IMG/VR virus record: IMGVR_UViG_3300018018_000002
Span: 6,186 to 70,185 of that record
Length of the DNA: 64,000 bases
Source of the DNA: a virus
Strand: one strand, 5' to 3'
This document shows, one piece after another, positions 1-8,710 of this stretch; positions within the stretch are counted from its first letter, which is position 1; every line of letters begins with the position of its first letter. Both the position numbers and the translations under genes were made by a program. The notes beneath the pieces are model-generated. The model made no database searches. It was given only the letters and a program-made list of their open reading frames with translations, and was not told the DNA's origin.

Positions 1-95
1 AGCAAGAGCGCGTGGCGCCAAAGGAAGAGGAGCAGGTGAGTGAGGAGGAGCAAGCAGCGGAGGAAGAGTTGGTGGCCGAAGGAGAAGGGGGATGA
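1..95 (+). CDS. 3' end of an upstream gene with an acidic C-terminal tail (partial)
   Basis: Frame starting at nt 3 reads QERVAPKEEEQVSEEEQAAEEELVAEGEGG* with TGA at 93-95 overlapping ATG at 92. Confidence 0.6.
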   Translation, partial: QERVAPKEEEQVSEEEQAAEEELVAEGEGG

Positions 96-400
96 ACACG
101 TTCTTTTACATCGTTTTAACGAAGCCCACAGCTTCAAATCCTGGCCCTGACGCTGCGCAGGGGTGTCAGCTATGCTGGACCCCCGCTGTAGGGGCAGGAA
201 TCGCCGCTATCGTGGGCGGAAACGTGCTCTTTGCCCCTACATCTAGCGTTTCAAACGGTGCGGTTACGTTGAACCCCCTTTCCACACACCCTAACTCCTA
301 TGTCCCATCCCAACTCCTATGTCTTGGTTCGCCATCTCATGCGCGGCGATGTCCTGCTGTGCAGCGCCGTAGTCCGGGCCCTCAACCTCAAGTATCCTGA
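92..400 (+). CDS. hypothetical protein (doubtful)
   Basis: ATGA-coupled to the upstream gene, but overlaps the next gene by 100 nt and spans hairpin-rich DNA. Confidence 0.3.
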   Translation: MNTFFYIVLTKPTASNPGPDAAQGCQLCWTPAVGAGIAAIVGGNVLFAPTSSVSNGAVTLNPLSTHPNSYVPSQLLCLGSPSHARRCPAVQRRSPGPQPQVS

Positions 401-2009
401 CGCTGAGATCTTTTTTCGGACTCGGTTCCCTGAGATTTTCCTGAACAATCCCCGGGTGAAGCGGGCTAGCCCAGGCGAGATCGGTTATGGTTGTCCACCT
501 GAGACCGTGATCAATCTCGACCTGGTGCAGTATGAAAAGACTCCCGACCGCCATCTAATTGATGGCTTTGCCAAGAGCGCAGGGTTTGCCCCTGGGACTT
601 GTCCTCACACCATCGAGATCTATCCGGCCGAAGTGGACCACCATTGGGTTCGAGAGCAAATCCCACCCCACCTAAGTAGGAAGTATGTGGTTGTGGCCCC
701 AGGTCCAGGACTATGGCCAGGGCGAGCCTGGGCCGAAGCTCGTTGGCGTGATCTGATTGAGTGGTTGGTGCTGGAGGCCTTGCTGCCGGTGGTCGTGGTA
801 GGGGCTTATGAGCCAGGCAGCCCTCCGCCTTACAAGCTGACTGGAGTGCTTGACCTGCGCAATCGAACCAACTTCCTGCAGCTGGCCGCGGTCATTTCAG
901 CTGCTCGTCTCTTTGTGGGGATTGATAGCTTCCCCTCCCATGTCGCCGGGGCTGTCTTCACTCCTCGGGTGGTGCTATTTGGAGTGACCAGTCCCGAGTT
1001 GATCCTTTGTGATGCGCCCGACACGGTGGCGATAAAGAGTGATCCTAATCACCCCTTCACTGGGATCCGCCACCGCCTCAACAGTATGAACCAGATTGAT
1101 CTGGGAAATCCTCCCCGCAATCCGATGGATACCATTTCAGTCGCCTCAGTTCAGCAGGCCGTGAAGGGTCTGTTGGTCACTTCGGAAGCGAGCATTCGCA
1201 AGCCACCTGAGGCATTACCTACTCCTCCTGCTTCTCCGATTATCCTTTCTTCCCAACCTCAACCTTCCAACCCCGCTGTCACCGTGACCACTCCCGCTCG
1301 CCACTACCTTATAGGCTCGGGCTACGTTAAGAATGCCAAGACCCCCATCCCAGCAAATGAGTTTGCTGATGTGTGGATGGAAAACCTTGTACGCTATGCC
1401 AATCCACTGCCAGAGAAGGTGGTGGTATTGACCGCCGGGGGAGCAGCTCCTTTTTATCGACGGCCGGTGGATACGATTGTCTGCCCGGGTGACCTAGGGC
1501 ACATCAAGGACAAGCAGGAGGGGCGCAAGAACTTTGATCTGGTCGGATGGACGCCCCCGATGATTGCTACGGCCATGATCGCCTATAACGCCGTGTTGGA
1601 CTTCATTTACGTTGAGCAGGACTGTCTGGCGTTTGGTCCCTTCATCGAGCGGATGTACCACGACCTAGGCGAAGGGGATTGGGTAATTGGTCGGCCGTTG
1701 GTCACGGACAAGTTCGTTCCGGCTACTCAATCTCTCTTTCTAGTGCGCCACGCAGCCATCTGGAGGTTTGTGCGCGATTACCTAGCAATGGGTCCTGACA
1801 TCAATGATTGGAGGATGGAGACCAAGGACCGGTTGACGGGTGAGCGGAAGTTTGCCCTCATGCGCAAGCGGGCTCCGGACAAGGTGAAGGAATTATCATT
1901 CGGAGTCGATCGGGATCGTCCCATTCCCTGGAATGATGAAGTCTGGTATGCGCAGCAATGGAAGCGAGCTGAATTCGAAGAGGCAAAGAAACGGGGGGTT
2001 ATAGCATGA
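300..2009 (+). CDS. two-domain glycosyltransferase: N-terminal GT9 (heptosyltransferase-like, GT-B), Pro-rich linker, C-terminal putative GT-A-like domain
   Basis: GD-V-LL N-terminal motif, 'VLDLRNRTNFLQLAAVISAARLFVGIDSFPSHVAGAVFTPRVVLFG' is the GT9 signature region; C-terminal 'DFIYVEQDCL' is ExD/DxD-like. Confidence 0.8.
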   Translation: MSHPNSYVLVRHLMRGDVLLCSAVVRALNLKYPDAEIFFRTRFPEIFLNNPRVKRASPGEIGYGCPPETVINLDLVQYEKTPDRHLIDGFAKSAGFAPGTCPHTIEIYPAEVDHHWVREQIPPHLSRKYVVVAPGPGLWPGRAWAEARWRDLIEWLVLEALLPVVVVGAYEPGSPPPYKLTGVLDLRNRTNFLQLAAVISAARLFVGIDSFPSHVAGAVFTPRVVLFGVTSPELILCDAPDTVAIKSDPNHPFTGIRHRLNSMNQIDLGNPPRNPMDTISVASVQQAVKGLLVTSEASIRKPPEALPTPPASPIILSSQPQPSNPAVTVTTPARHYLIGSGYVKNAKTPIPANEFADVWMENLVRYANPLPEKVVVLTAGGAAPFYRRPVDTIVCPGDLGHIKDKQEGRKNFDLVGWTPPMIATAMIAYNAVLDFIYVEQDCLAFGPFIERMYHDLGEGDWVIGRPLVTDKFVPATQSLFLVRHAAIWRFVRDYLAMGPDINDWRMETKDRLTGERKFALMRKRAPDKVKELSFGVDRDRPIPWNDEVWYAQQWKRAEFEEAKKRGVIA

Positions 2010-3001
2010 AGAGGATACTCGTTACTGGTGGAGCTGGCATGGTTGGCAGCAATGTGGTCCGACACTTGCTTGCCCTTGAGGAGATGGAGCGGGTCACCGT
2101 CTTCGACAACTTTAGCTCTGGGAGGTGGGAACATCTTCAGCCATTTATTAATCATCCGCTTCTCAACGTCATCGAAGGGGATTTGGCTGACCCACACTGG
2201 TTTCATCAGGTCCCAGTCCCAGAGGAGGGCATGTTTGATACCGTTGTTCATCTCGTGGCCAATCCCGATATTTCAAAAGCGGTGACAGATCCTGGGATCG
2301 ACTTTCGCCAAGGAACCGTGCTTTGCCAGCACGTCCTCGAGTTGATGCGCATCTGCGAGATCGGAAACCTGCTCTACCTCTCGGGCAGCGGGGTCTATGG
2401 GGAGGCCCCGACTGGTCTCCTCCCTTTCTCGGAGGATCATGGTCCGTGCATTCCGATCTCCACGTATGCAGCCAGCAAGCTCGCTTGCGAGGCAATGATT
2501 GCAGCCCATTGCCACATGTTCGGCCTTCGGGCAAGGGTGCTGCGTCCGGCTAACATTGTTGGACCCAACCAAACCCACGGGGTCAGCTGTGACTTTATCA
2601 ATCAGCTACTCCGTCATCCATCCTTCCTCCGGATCCTCGGCGACGGGCAGCAATCAAAGAGCTACATTTACGTGGACGATGTCATTGATGCGCTGTTCCG
2701 AATTGAGAAGATTCAATTCCCTTCCTATCGGGTGTGGAACATTGCGTCCTGTGATGCCATTACCGTCTATCAAATTGCTCGCATCGCTTGTGAGGAGGTG
2801 GGACTCAACCCAGAAGAAGTGAGGTTTGAGTACTCGGGAGGAACTCGAGGATGGCAGGGTGATGTACCCATCGTTCGGCTCGACTGCCAGCGGTTAGCCT
2901 CCTTGGGCTGGTGTGCCCATCGAGGCTCGAGCGCAGCGGTGCGGGAAGGAATGCGCGATCTTTATGGAAAAATTACCAACCAGACAAGACCTCGTTCGTA
3001 A
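2006..3001 (+). CDS. NAD-dependent nucleotide-sugar epimerase/dehydratase (extended SDR, GalE-like)
   Basis: TGGAGMVG Rossmann motif, YAASK (YxxxK), 'GDGQQSKSYIYVDD'. Confidence 0.92.
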   Translation: MKRILVTGGAGMVGSNVVRHLLALEEMERVTVFDNFSSGRWEHLQPFINHPLLNVIEGDLADPHWFHQVPVPEEGMFDTVVHLVANPDISKAVTDPGIDFRQGTVLCQHVLELMRICEIGNLLYLSGSGVYGEAPTGLLPFSEDHGPCIPISTYAASKLACEAMIAAHCHMFGLRARVLRPANIVGPNQTHGVSCDFINQLLRHPSFLRILGDGQQSKSYIYVDDVIDALFRIEKIQFPSYRVWNIASCDAITVYQIARIACEEVGLNPEEVRFEYSGGTRGWQGDVPIVRLDCQRLASLGWCAHRGSSAAVREGMRDLYGKITNQTRPRS

Positions 3002-3524
3002 GGTCATTCTCCCCGGCTCCATTGGGGCCGAGATCGGAGTCTTCCGAGGAGACTTCGCTGTGATCATGGCGCAGTGTCCCTTGGCCGCGCTGCATCTGAT
3101 CGATCCTTGGATCAAATACAAGGAATATGAGCGGGATGCGTGCATGAACAACAGCAACCACGAGGAGAACCTTCGGGAGACCCAGCGCAAGTTGGCTCAA
3201 GACATTGCCCGTGGTCGAGTAATCATCCATCGGGGCTTCTCGGCTGATATCGCTGTCCAGACCATGTTCATGCTCGATTGGTTTTACCTCGATGCGTTCC
3301 ACATCTACCCCGAGGTCATCCAAGACCTGAGGTTGTGGTCGAAGCGACTGAAACCGGGGGGTTTCATTATGGGGCATGATTACATCGAAACCACCCAATG
3401 GGCCAGGACCCTAGAGTTTGGGGTGGTCAAAGCGGTCAATCAATTCTGTGCTGAGGAAGGTTGGGAGATCCAATACCTGACCTCTGAGCTTGACTGGCCC
3501 TCCTACTGCTTAAGGAAGAAATGA
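2964..3524 (+). CDS. class I SAM-dependent methyltransferase (Methyltransf_24-like)
   Basis: 'GAEIGVFRG', 'LIDPW', 'DWFYLDAFH.Y', 'LKPGGFIMGHDY'; ATG at 2964 chosen. Confidence 0.88.
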   Translation: MEKLPTRQDLVRKVILPGSIGAEIGVFRGDFAVIMAQCPLAALHLIDPWIKYKEYERDACMNNSNHEENLRETQRKLAQDIARGRVIIHRGFSADIAVQTMFMLDWFYLDAFHIYPEVIQDLRLWSKRLKPGGFIMGHDYIETTQWARTLEFGVVKAVNQFCAEEGWEIQYLTSELDWPSYCLRKK

Positions 3525-4615
3525 TCCCGAAGATCCTCCATCAGGTATGGTTGGGACCTAACCCCCCAAACCAAGGGCTCCAGAAGATGATGGAGTCGGT
3601 CCGGGAAAAGAATCCCGACTGGCGTTACCTTCTCTGGACTGAGACCACCATGGAGAACCTCGGGTTGAACTGGGCACTGGTCCGGAGTCGATGCCAAGGG
3701 ATAGCTGCGTCGGCCGACTTTGTGCGACTTTGGGCCATTCAGACCTTTGGTGGCATCTATCTCGACGTGGATGTTGAGTGCCTGCACAGTTTGGATGGGT
3801 TGGTCCAGTACTCGGCCTTTGCTGCGCCGCAGGCAGACGGGCTGCTCTGCAATGCCTTCTTTGGAGCAGAGGCTGGGCATCCTTGGGTGAAGTGGCAGTT
3901 TGAACATCTACCCATTCCCCTAGTCCCTCCACAGGCCGTCTTCCTGATGACCAAAGCCCCAAGGGAAAGGCTGACGGTCATTGCCTCTCACCTCTGCTAT
4001 CCTTATTCATGGGATACTCCTCCCGCGCAATGTCTCCCCCACCCTCAGTCGATCGTGGTCCATCGATGGGAGAAGAGCTGGGGATCAACCTATCGCAAAG
4101 CCTTACCTATGAAACGTCAATTCCACTTCGGTTGCTCAATCAACGTCTTGCCTCCTCCCTGGGAGAACTTTGATCTTGATCCCCACTTACGGGTCAACCA
4201 TCCTGAGATTAAGGTGCTGGATGTTACTCATCCTTTGCCCTTTTCTGATGCCTGCGCCGAGCGAGTCTTCTTCGAGCATCTCCTCGAGCACTTGACCGCC
4301 CCGGATGGATACCGACTGCTTAAGGAGTGTCACCGAGTGCTGGCACCGGGAGGAGTCCTGCGGATCTGCGTGCCGGAACTGGAACGGTTACCTCGAGCTT
4401 GGCGCGAGGACATCATCACCAAGTATGGACATTTGATGGTGTACCACTATGAGATCCTCTCTCAAATGCTGGTCACCGCCGGGTTTGAACGAATCCATCA
4501 GGAAGGTCGGGCGGAATGTGATGGTCATTGGAAGGTGATCGGGCGGGAACGAGATGATCAGGAAACTCTGCGCGTGGAGGCCTATAAACCATATGAACTA
4601 CCAACTCTTCTCTGA
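3521..4615 (+). CDS. GT32/OCH1-like DxD glycosyltransferase fused to a C-terminal SAM methyltransferase
   Basis: 'MIPKILHQVW', 'ADFVRL...FGGIYLDVDV'; C-terminal 'LPFSD...EHLLEHL...ECHRVLAPGGVLRICVP'. Confidence 0.88.
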   Translation: MIPKILHQVWLGPNPPNQGLQKMMESVREKNPDWRYLLWTETTMENLGLNWALVRSRCQGIAASADFVRLWAIQTFGGIYLDVDVECLHSLDGLVQYSAFAAPQADGLLCNAFFGAEAGHPWVKWQFEHLPIPLVPPQAVFLMTKAPRERLTVIASHLCYPYSWDTPPAQCLPHPQSIVVHRWEKSWGSTYRKALPMKRQFHFGCSINVLPPPWENFDLDPHLRVNHPEIKVLDVTHPLPFSDACAERVFFEHLLEHLTAPDGYRLLKECHRVLAPGGVLRICVPELERLPRAWREDIITKYGHLMVYHYEILSQMLVTAGFERIHQEGRAECDGHWKVIGRERDDQETLRVEAYKPYELPTLL

Positions 4616-4618
4616 CCA

Positions 4619-4801
4619 ATGATTCTCCCCAATCACGAGCAATGTCGGGCGGTCATGCAGGAGATGGATGACTTTAAGGAGCTCAATGATTTTGAACGGG
4701 AGTTTGTCACCAGCAACCTGCAGCGCGAGGAGTTCACGCTTCGTCAGCGGGAGAGCATTGCTGAGTTTGCTGATAAATATGAACTGGAGAGTTTTCCATG
4801 A
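4619..4801 (+). CDS. hypothetical protein
   Basis: 60-aa ORF tightly packed in the operon. Confidence 0.6.
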   Translation: MILPNHEQCRAVMQEMDDFKELNDFEREFVTSNLQREEFTLRQRESIAEFADKYELESFP

Positions 4802-5283
4802 GCCGTAACCTGACAGAATCCGAAGCTCGTGTCGCTGTGGCGATGGTCTTGCGAAAATACAAAGCAGAAGATTTGCTGCGCCGTTTTCCCGGAGCGGATT
4901 GGGAGGACGTGAAGAAGGCTCTGCAGGCTGCCGCCCCGACCCTGGCCCTGCCGGTTGACCCTGATCCTTTGGCCCCCGCGTCTGGCAAGACTGGGATGGA
5001 CGCGCTGAGCGCCCTGACGCAGCAAGCTCTGCACCAAGCCGTCGAGTTGGAATGCAGCTTGCAGGGCCTCCTCGGCGTACTCGACCGACTGCCCGACGAA
5101 GCTCACCTGCTCGAACAAGCTGACAACTTGGCGCATGAGTGGAAGGAAGGGAATATGGTCACTCCGCTTCACCAAGTGCTTGTTCATCTCCTTTGCCGCC
5201 GTTACATCCTTGTTCCTCGTCCTTTCCTCCTACCGGTTGATGACATCAGCCGAAATTCACATGACAAACCCTCTCCCACCTGA
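4798..5283 (+). CDS. hypothetical protein
   Basis: ATGA overlap with previous ORF; helical composition. Confidence 0.65.
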   Translation: MSRNLTESEARVAVAMVLRKYKAEDLLRRFPGADWEDVKKALQAAAPTLALPVDPDPLAPASGKTGMDALSALTQQALHQAVELECSLQGLLGVLDRLPDEAHLLEQADNLAHEWKEGNMVTPLHQVLVHLLCRRYILVPRPFLLPVDDISRNSHDKPSPT

Positions 5284-5440
5284 CCTCGAACTTGTCGTTC
5301 AAGAATTGCTTCTGTTGCGTGACCCAAAGTGGTTTGGCAAGGTCGCGCTCTATATTGAGAATGGGAGGATCTTTCGACTCACCAAGGAAGAAAGCGTTGT
5401 CATTAAGGATCGGCTGCGGGAGAAAAAGCCTTCGGGTTAA
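5261..5440 (+). CDS. small DUF2292/YezD-like protein
   Basis: 'WFGKVALYIENGRIFRLTKEESVVIK' resembles the DUF2292 pattern; ATG at 5261. Confidence 0.5.
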   Translation: MTNPLPPDLELVVQELLLLRDPKWFGKVALYIENGRIFRLTKEESVVIKDRLREKKPSG

Positions 5441-5463
5441 GTCAGTTCCTCCTATTTAGATAG

Positions 5464-5492
5464 TTGACATCCCGGCTAATTCATTCTAACGG
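5464..5492 (+). promoter_or_regulatory. putative promoter of the head operon
   Basis: Perfect TTGACA at 5464-5469 in the intergenic gap; after 17 nt only a weak -10 (TAACGG). Confidence 0.35.
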
Positions 5493-5564
5493 GCAGAGCT
5501 GACTCAGCAGAGTGACCCAACGAAGGGGCTCATTGTTCATCCCTCGATTGGTTTTTCACTCTCT

Positions 5565-8099
5565 ATGTCAAAGTCCCGGAAACGGCAAGGGCAAGGTCGT
5601 TCAAAACTTGTCCTGAACGTAGGTGCCACTGAAGGGCTTGTTCGCAACCTGCGGACTGAGATCGTTTTCAATCTCACCCCTTCCAAGAAGCTGGTCCGCA
5701 ATGAGCGCCTGCAAGGGCGCGACTACCTCGCGGTGCCCATGGTGATGATCACGGAGGGCGTTCACAAGGGCTCGAATGGTGCGCTGTTCTACCCCGGCGA
5801 CGAACTCAGCAAGACGCCCTGCGTCTGGAACATGAAGCCAGTGGTGGTCAACCACCCGGAGGAAAATGGGGAAGGGCGCAGCGCCTGTGATCCGGACGTG
5901 GCCGAGAATTATCAAGTCGGGATGATCATGAACACCCGCTTTGATGACAAAGGCCGGTTGGTCGCAGAGGCGTGGGTCGAGCCGGCCCTAGCCGATGCTG
6001 TCGAGCCGCGGGTGATGAAAGCGATCGAGAACGAGCAGATGATGGAGCTGTCCACTGGCGTCTTCGTCGACAAGGAATTTAACCCAGGTGAATTTGATGG
6101 GGAGGCGTATGATGCCATTGCTCGCAACTACCGCCCGGACCATTTGGCCATCCTGCCCGACAAACGCGGGGCCTGCAGCATTGATGACGGGGCGGGCTTC
6201 ATGCGCAATCAGGCCGCGGAGATCGATGAGGACACCCTCGTGCGCGTGCTCACGTATAATGCCGGCAAGCCTTCGGAGGAGGACGAGGAGCAGGCCGACC
6301 TGGATCAGCAAGGCGACTCCAAGCACAAGACTCCGAAGCCGATGGAAGCAGCGCACGCCGCCAGTCGGGACGCCAATCGCAAGGGCGCGTGGGCAGTGAT
6401 CAGCGGGACGAAGAAGGCTCATGATGGAGCGGCTGAGTTGCATAGCAAAGCGGCGCGGCTCTACGCGAAGGCCGGGCACAAAGCGTTTTCGGACTGGCAC
6501 ACGACCAAGGCCAACGATCACAAGAATTGGGGTGATGAAGCCGAGGCCGCCTCAACGGACAATCCAAAGCCAGCGAAGAATCGGGGCAAGCGACGCTTGG
6601 CTGATGAGCATGAGGAAGGGGCCACGGAGAATATTTCCCACAGTGACGCCCTCGGGGGGACCGATGCCGGCGCGAATGATGATGAGGGCGAGTGGAGCGG
6701 GACAGAAGAGAGTGATGCTGCCACGGCTGCCGCAACGGAGCGCAGCAACCAAGCGATGTCCGCCGGAGTGGCTCGGGCCCATCGAAGTGCTGCTATTGCC
6801 CACCGCTATGCTGCATCGGCCCATCGGCGTGCGAACAATGGCCAGGACAGTATCATGTCGGCTTATCACACCAGCGCGGCCAAGCTGCACGATGGGATGG
6901 CCGCGAATTGTGACAAGGTCACGGCTAACAAGGTTCTGACGGCGAAGTCCCGCAATCGTTTGCCTGATTCAGCTTTCGCGCTGCCGGGTCGGCGCTATCC
7001 AATTCACGATCGCAGGCACGCCGCCGCCGCCAAATCTCGTGTTTCTCAACATGGTTCACCGAAGGAGAAGGCGATCGTGCGGGCTAAGGTGGCGCGGCGA
7101 TATCCGACCATGGGCAAGAATGAGGAGGAGGAAGCGCTCAATGAGATTTCCTTCGATGACATCCGCCAGCAGATTTCCAAGAAGCTGCGTGATGGGAAGT
7201 CGGATGGCTCCAGTCCCGGCAGCATTTGCACCTGCTGGGTGACAGACGTTTTTGATGATTCTTTTGTCTACGACGATGGTAGCGGCAAGCTGTTCAAGCA
7301 GGCTTATTCCGTCGACGGAGATGACCAAGTTAGTCTTGAGGGCGAGCCAGAGGCGGTGGTTCGCAAGACCTCTTACGAACCCGCCACCAACGAAGCCCGT
7401 GAGGGCACCAATACCATGGACAAAAAGCAACTCATTGAAAGCCTGATCAAAAATCATGGCTGGACCGAGAAAGACCGGAAGTACCTCACCGGACTTCCTG
7501 AGGAGCGGCTCGAGGAGCTCCACAAGCAAGGTGATGCCCTGGCGCAGAACACGCGCGAGGCCATCGACCACGCAACGGTTGCCGACGCTGACGAAGACTC
7601 GGACGCCGAAGACAACCAGGACGATGACCGCGGCGCCGGAGACAGCGGAGGCACGGCCGAGGACTCCGAGAAGAAGGGCAAGGGCGGCAAGGCCACGTTG
7701 AAAGACGACGACCCCGCCACCAACGCCAACAAGGGCAAGGGGAAGAAACCCCTCAGCCTCAACGCTTTCCTCCGGACCGTTCCACCGGAAGTGAGCGAGA
7801 TGGTCACCAACGGGGTCGAGGCTGTCCAAGCTGAGATCTCCCGCCTGGTCGAGTACATCACCCAGAACGAGGCCAACGAGTACACCGAAGAGGAACTCAT
7901 GGCCATGCCCCTCAAGCAGCTTCGGAAACTCGCCAAGCTGGCCGGGGGTGGGATTGTCGAGAATGACACGCCCGGTGGGCGTGCTCCTCTCTTCAACGGT
8001 CAGGGCGAAGTCCGGCCGGTCCAGAACCAGGAGGGGGAGGACGCCGAGGTCCTCGAGGCTCCTGTGATGAACTTTGAAGAGGAGGCAAAGGCCTCCTAA
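5565..8099 (+). CDS. prohead protease/scaffold fusion (DUF2213-like N-terminal domain)
   Basis: 'MELSTG...RNYRPDHLAILPDKRGACSIDDGAGF' DUF2213-like motifs; long acidic scaffold-like C-terminus; lies directly before decoration and capsid genes. Confidence 0.8.
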   Translation: MSKSRKRQGQGRSKLVLNVGATEGLVRNLRTEIVFNLTPSKKLVRNERLQGRDYLAVPMVMITEGVHKGSNGALFYPGDELSKTPCVWNMKPVVVNHPEENGEGRSACDPDVAENYQVGMIMNTRFDDKGRLVAEAWVEPALADAVEPRVMKAIENEQMMELSTGVFVDKEFNPGEFDGEAYDAIARNYRPDHLAILPDKRGACSIDDGAGFMRNQAAEIDEDTLVRVLTYNAGKPSEEDEEQADLDQQGDSKHKTPKPMEAAHAASRDANRKGAWAVISGTKKAHDGAAELHSKAARLYAKAGHKAFSDWHTTKANDHKNWGDEAEAASTDNPKPAKNRGKRRLADEHEEGATENISHSDALGGTDAGANDDEGEWSGTEESDAATAAATERSNQAMSAGVARAHRSAAIAHRYAASAHRRANNGQDSIMSAYHTSAAKLHDGMAANCDKVTANKVLTAKSRNRLPDSAFALPGRRYPIHDRRHAAAAKSRVSQHGSPKEKAIVRAKVARRYPTMGKNEEEEALNEISFDDIRQQISKKLRDGKSDGSSPGSICTCWVTDVFDDSFVYDDGSGKLFKQAYSVDGDDQVSLEGEPEAVVRKTSYEPATNEAREGTNTMDKKQLIESLIKNHGWTEKDRKYLTGLPEERLEELHKQGDALAQNTREAIDHATVADADEDSDAEDNQDDDRGAGDSGGTAEDSEKKGKGGKATLKDDDPATNANKGKGKKPLSLNAFLRTVPPEVSEMVTNGVEAVQAEISRLVEYITQNEANEYTEEELMAMPLKQLRKLAKLAGGGIVENDTPGGRAPLFNGQGEVRPVQNQEGEDAEVLEAPVMNFEEEAKAS

Positions 8100-8154
8100 G
8101 GGCCCGCGCTGACATCAAACCCAGAAACCCACAACTCAGAAACCAAGATCGACC

Positions 8155-8664
8155 ATGACTCTTGTAATTCCAACTCCGCAAAAGCCCCGTCGTGTTGAAC
8201 TGGCGACGTTTGTTGAGCGCGAGGAAGCAAAGGCCTACGATGCGAACATCTATCCAGGGATGTTGATCGAGCTTACTTCCCTTGGCCTCTTCCGACGCCA
8301 TTCCACCGAAGGGGGCTTTGCTGTCAAACGCTTCGCCCTTGAGGAAGCGCTCGTGTCACGCAACGATCCGGCTCAGGCCGGCGGCGTGGCTAACATCGAC
8401 ACCGCATACGCTTCGGGTGCCCTGGTGGGCGCTCGCTGCTTTGTGACTGGCGATCGCGTCAACGCCCTGCTGAAAGCCGGGGCGAACTATCCAATCGGCT
8501 CCCAGCTGATCAGTGATGGCGCCGGACGACTCATTCTCGCCAGCGCCGCTGCCAGCACAGGCCAGGTCAAGCAGATCATCGCTGAGGTCGATGAGATCGG
8601 CGGCGCTGTTGACCTTTCGGGCACTGGGGCCGTCGACACGCACCACAGCGTGCGGGTCTTCTAA
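8155..8664 (+). CDS. head decoration/cement protein
   Basis: Position between scaffold and MCP, 169 aa, 'IYPGMLIEL', 'IGSQLISDGAGRL' typical of decoration proteins. Confidence 0.7.
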   Translation: MTLVIPTPQKPRRVELATFVEREEAKAYDANIYPGMLIELTSLGLFRRHSTEGGFAVKRFALEEALVSRNDPAQAGGVANIDTAYASGALVGARCFVTGDRVNALLKAGANYPIGSQLISDGAGRLILASAAASTGQVKQIIAEVDEIGGAVDLSGTGAVDTHHSVRVF

Positions 8665-8710
8665 CGCCTAACGATCGAAACCCACAACTTACTGAACAAG
8701 GAATATCACA

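Noticed and set aside
125-150. tRNA T-loop-like TTCAAATCC
   Set aside because: The T-stem is mismatched and no cloverleaf can be built; no tRNA recognised anywhere in the window.
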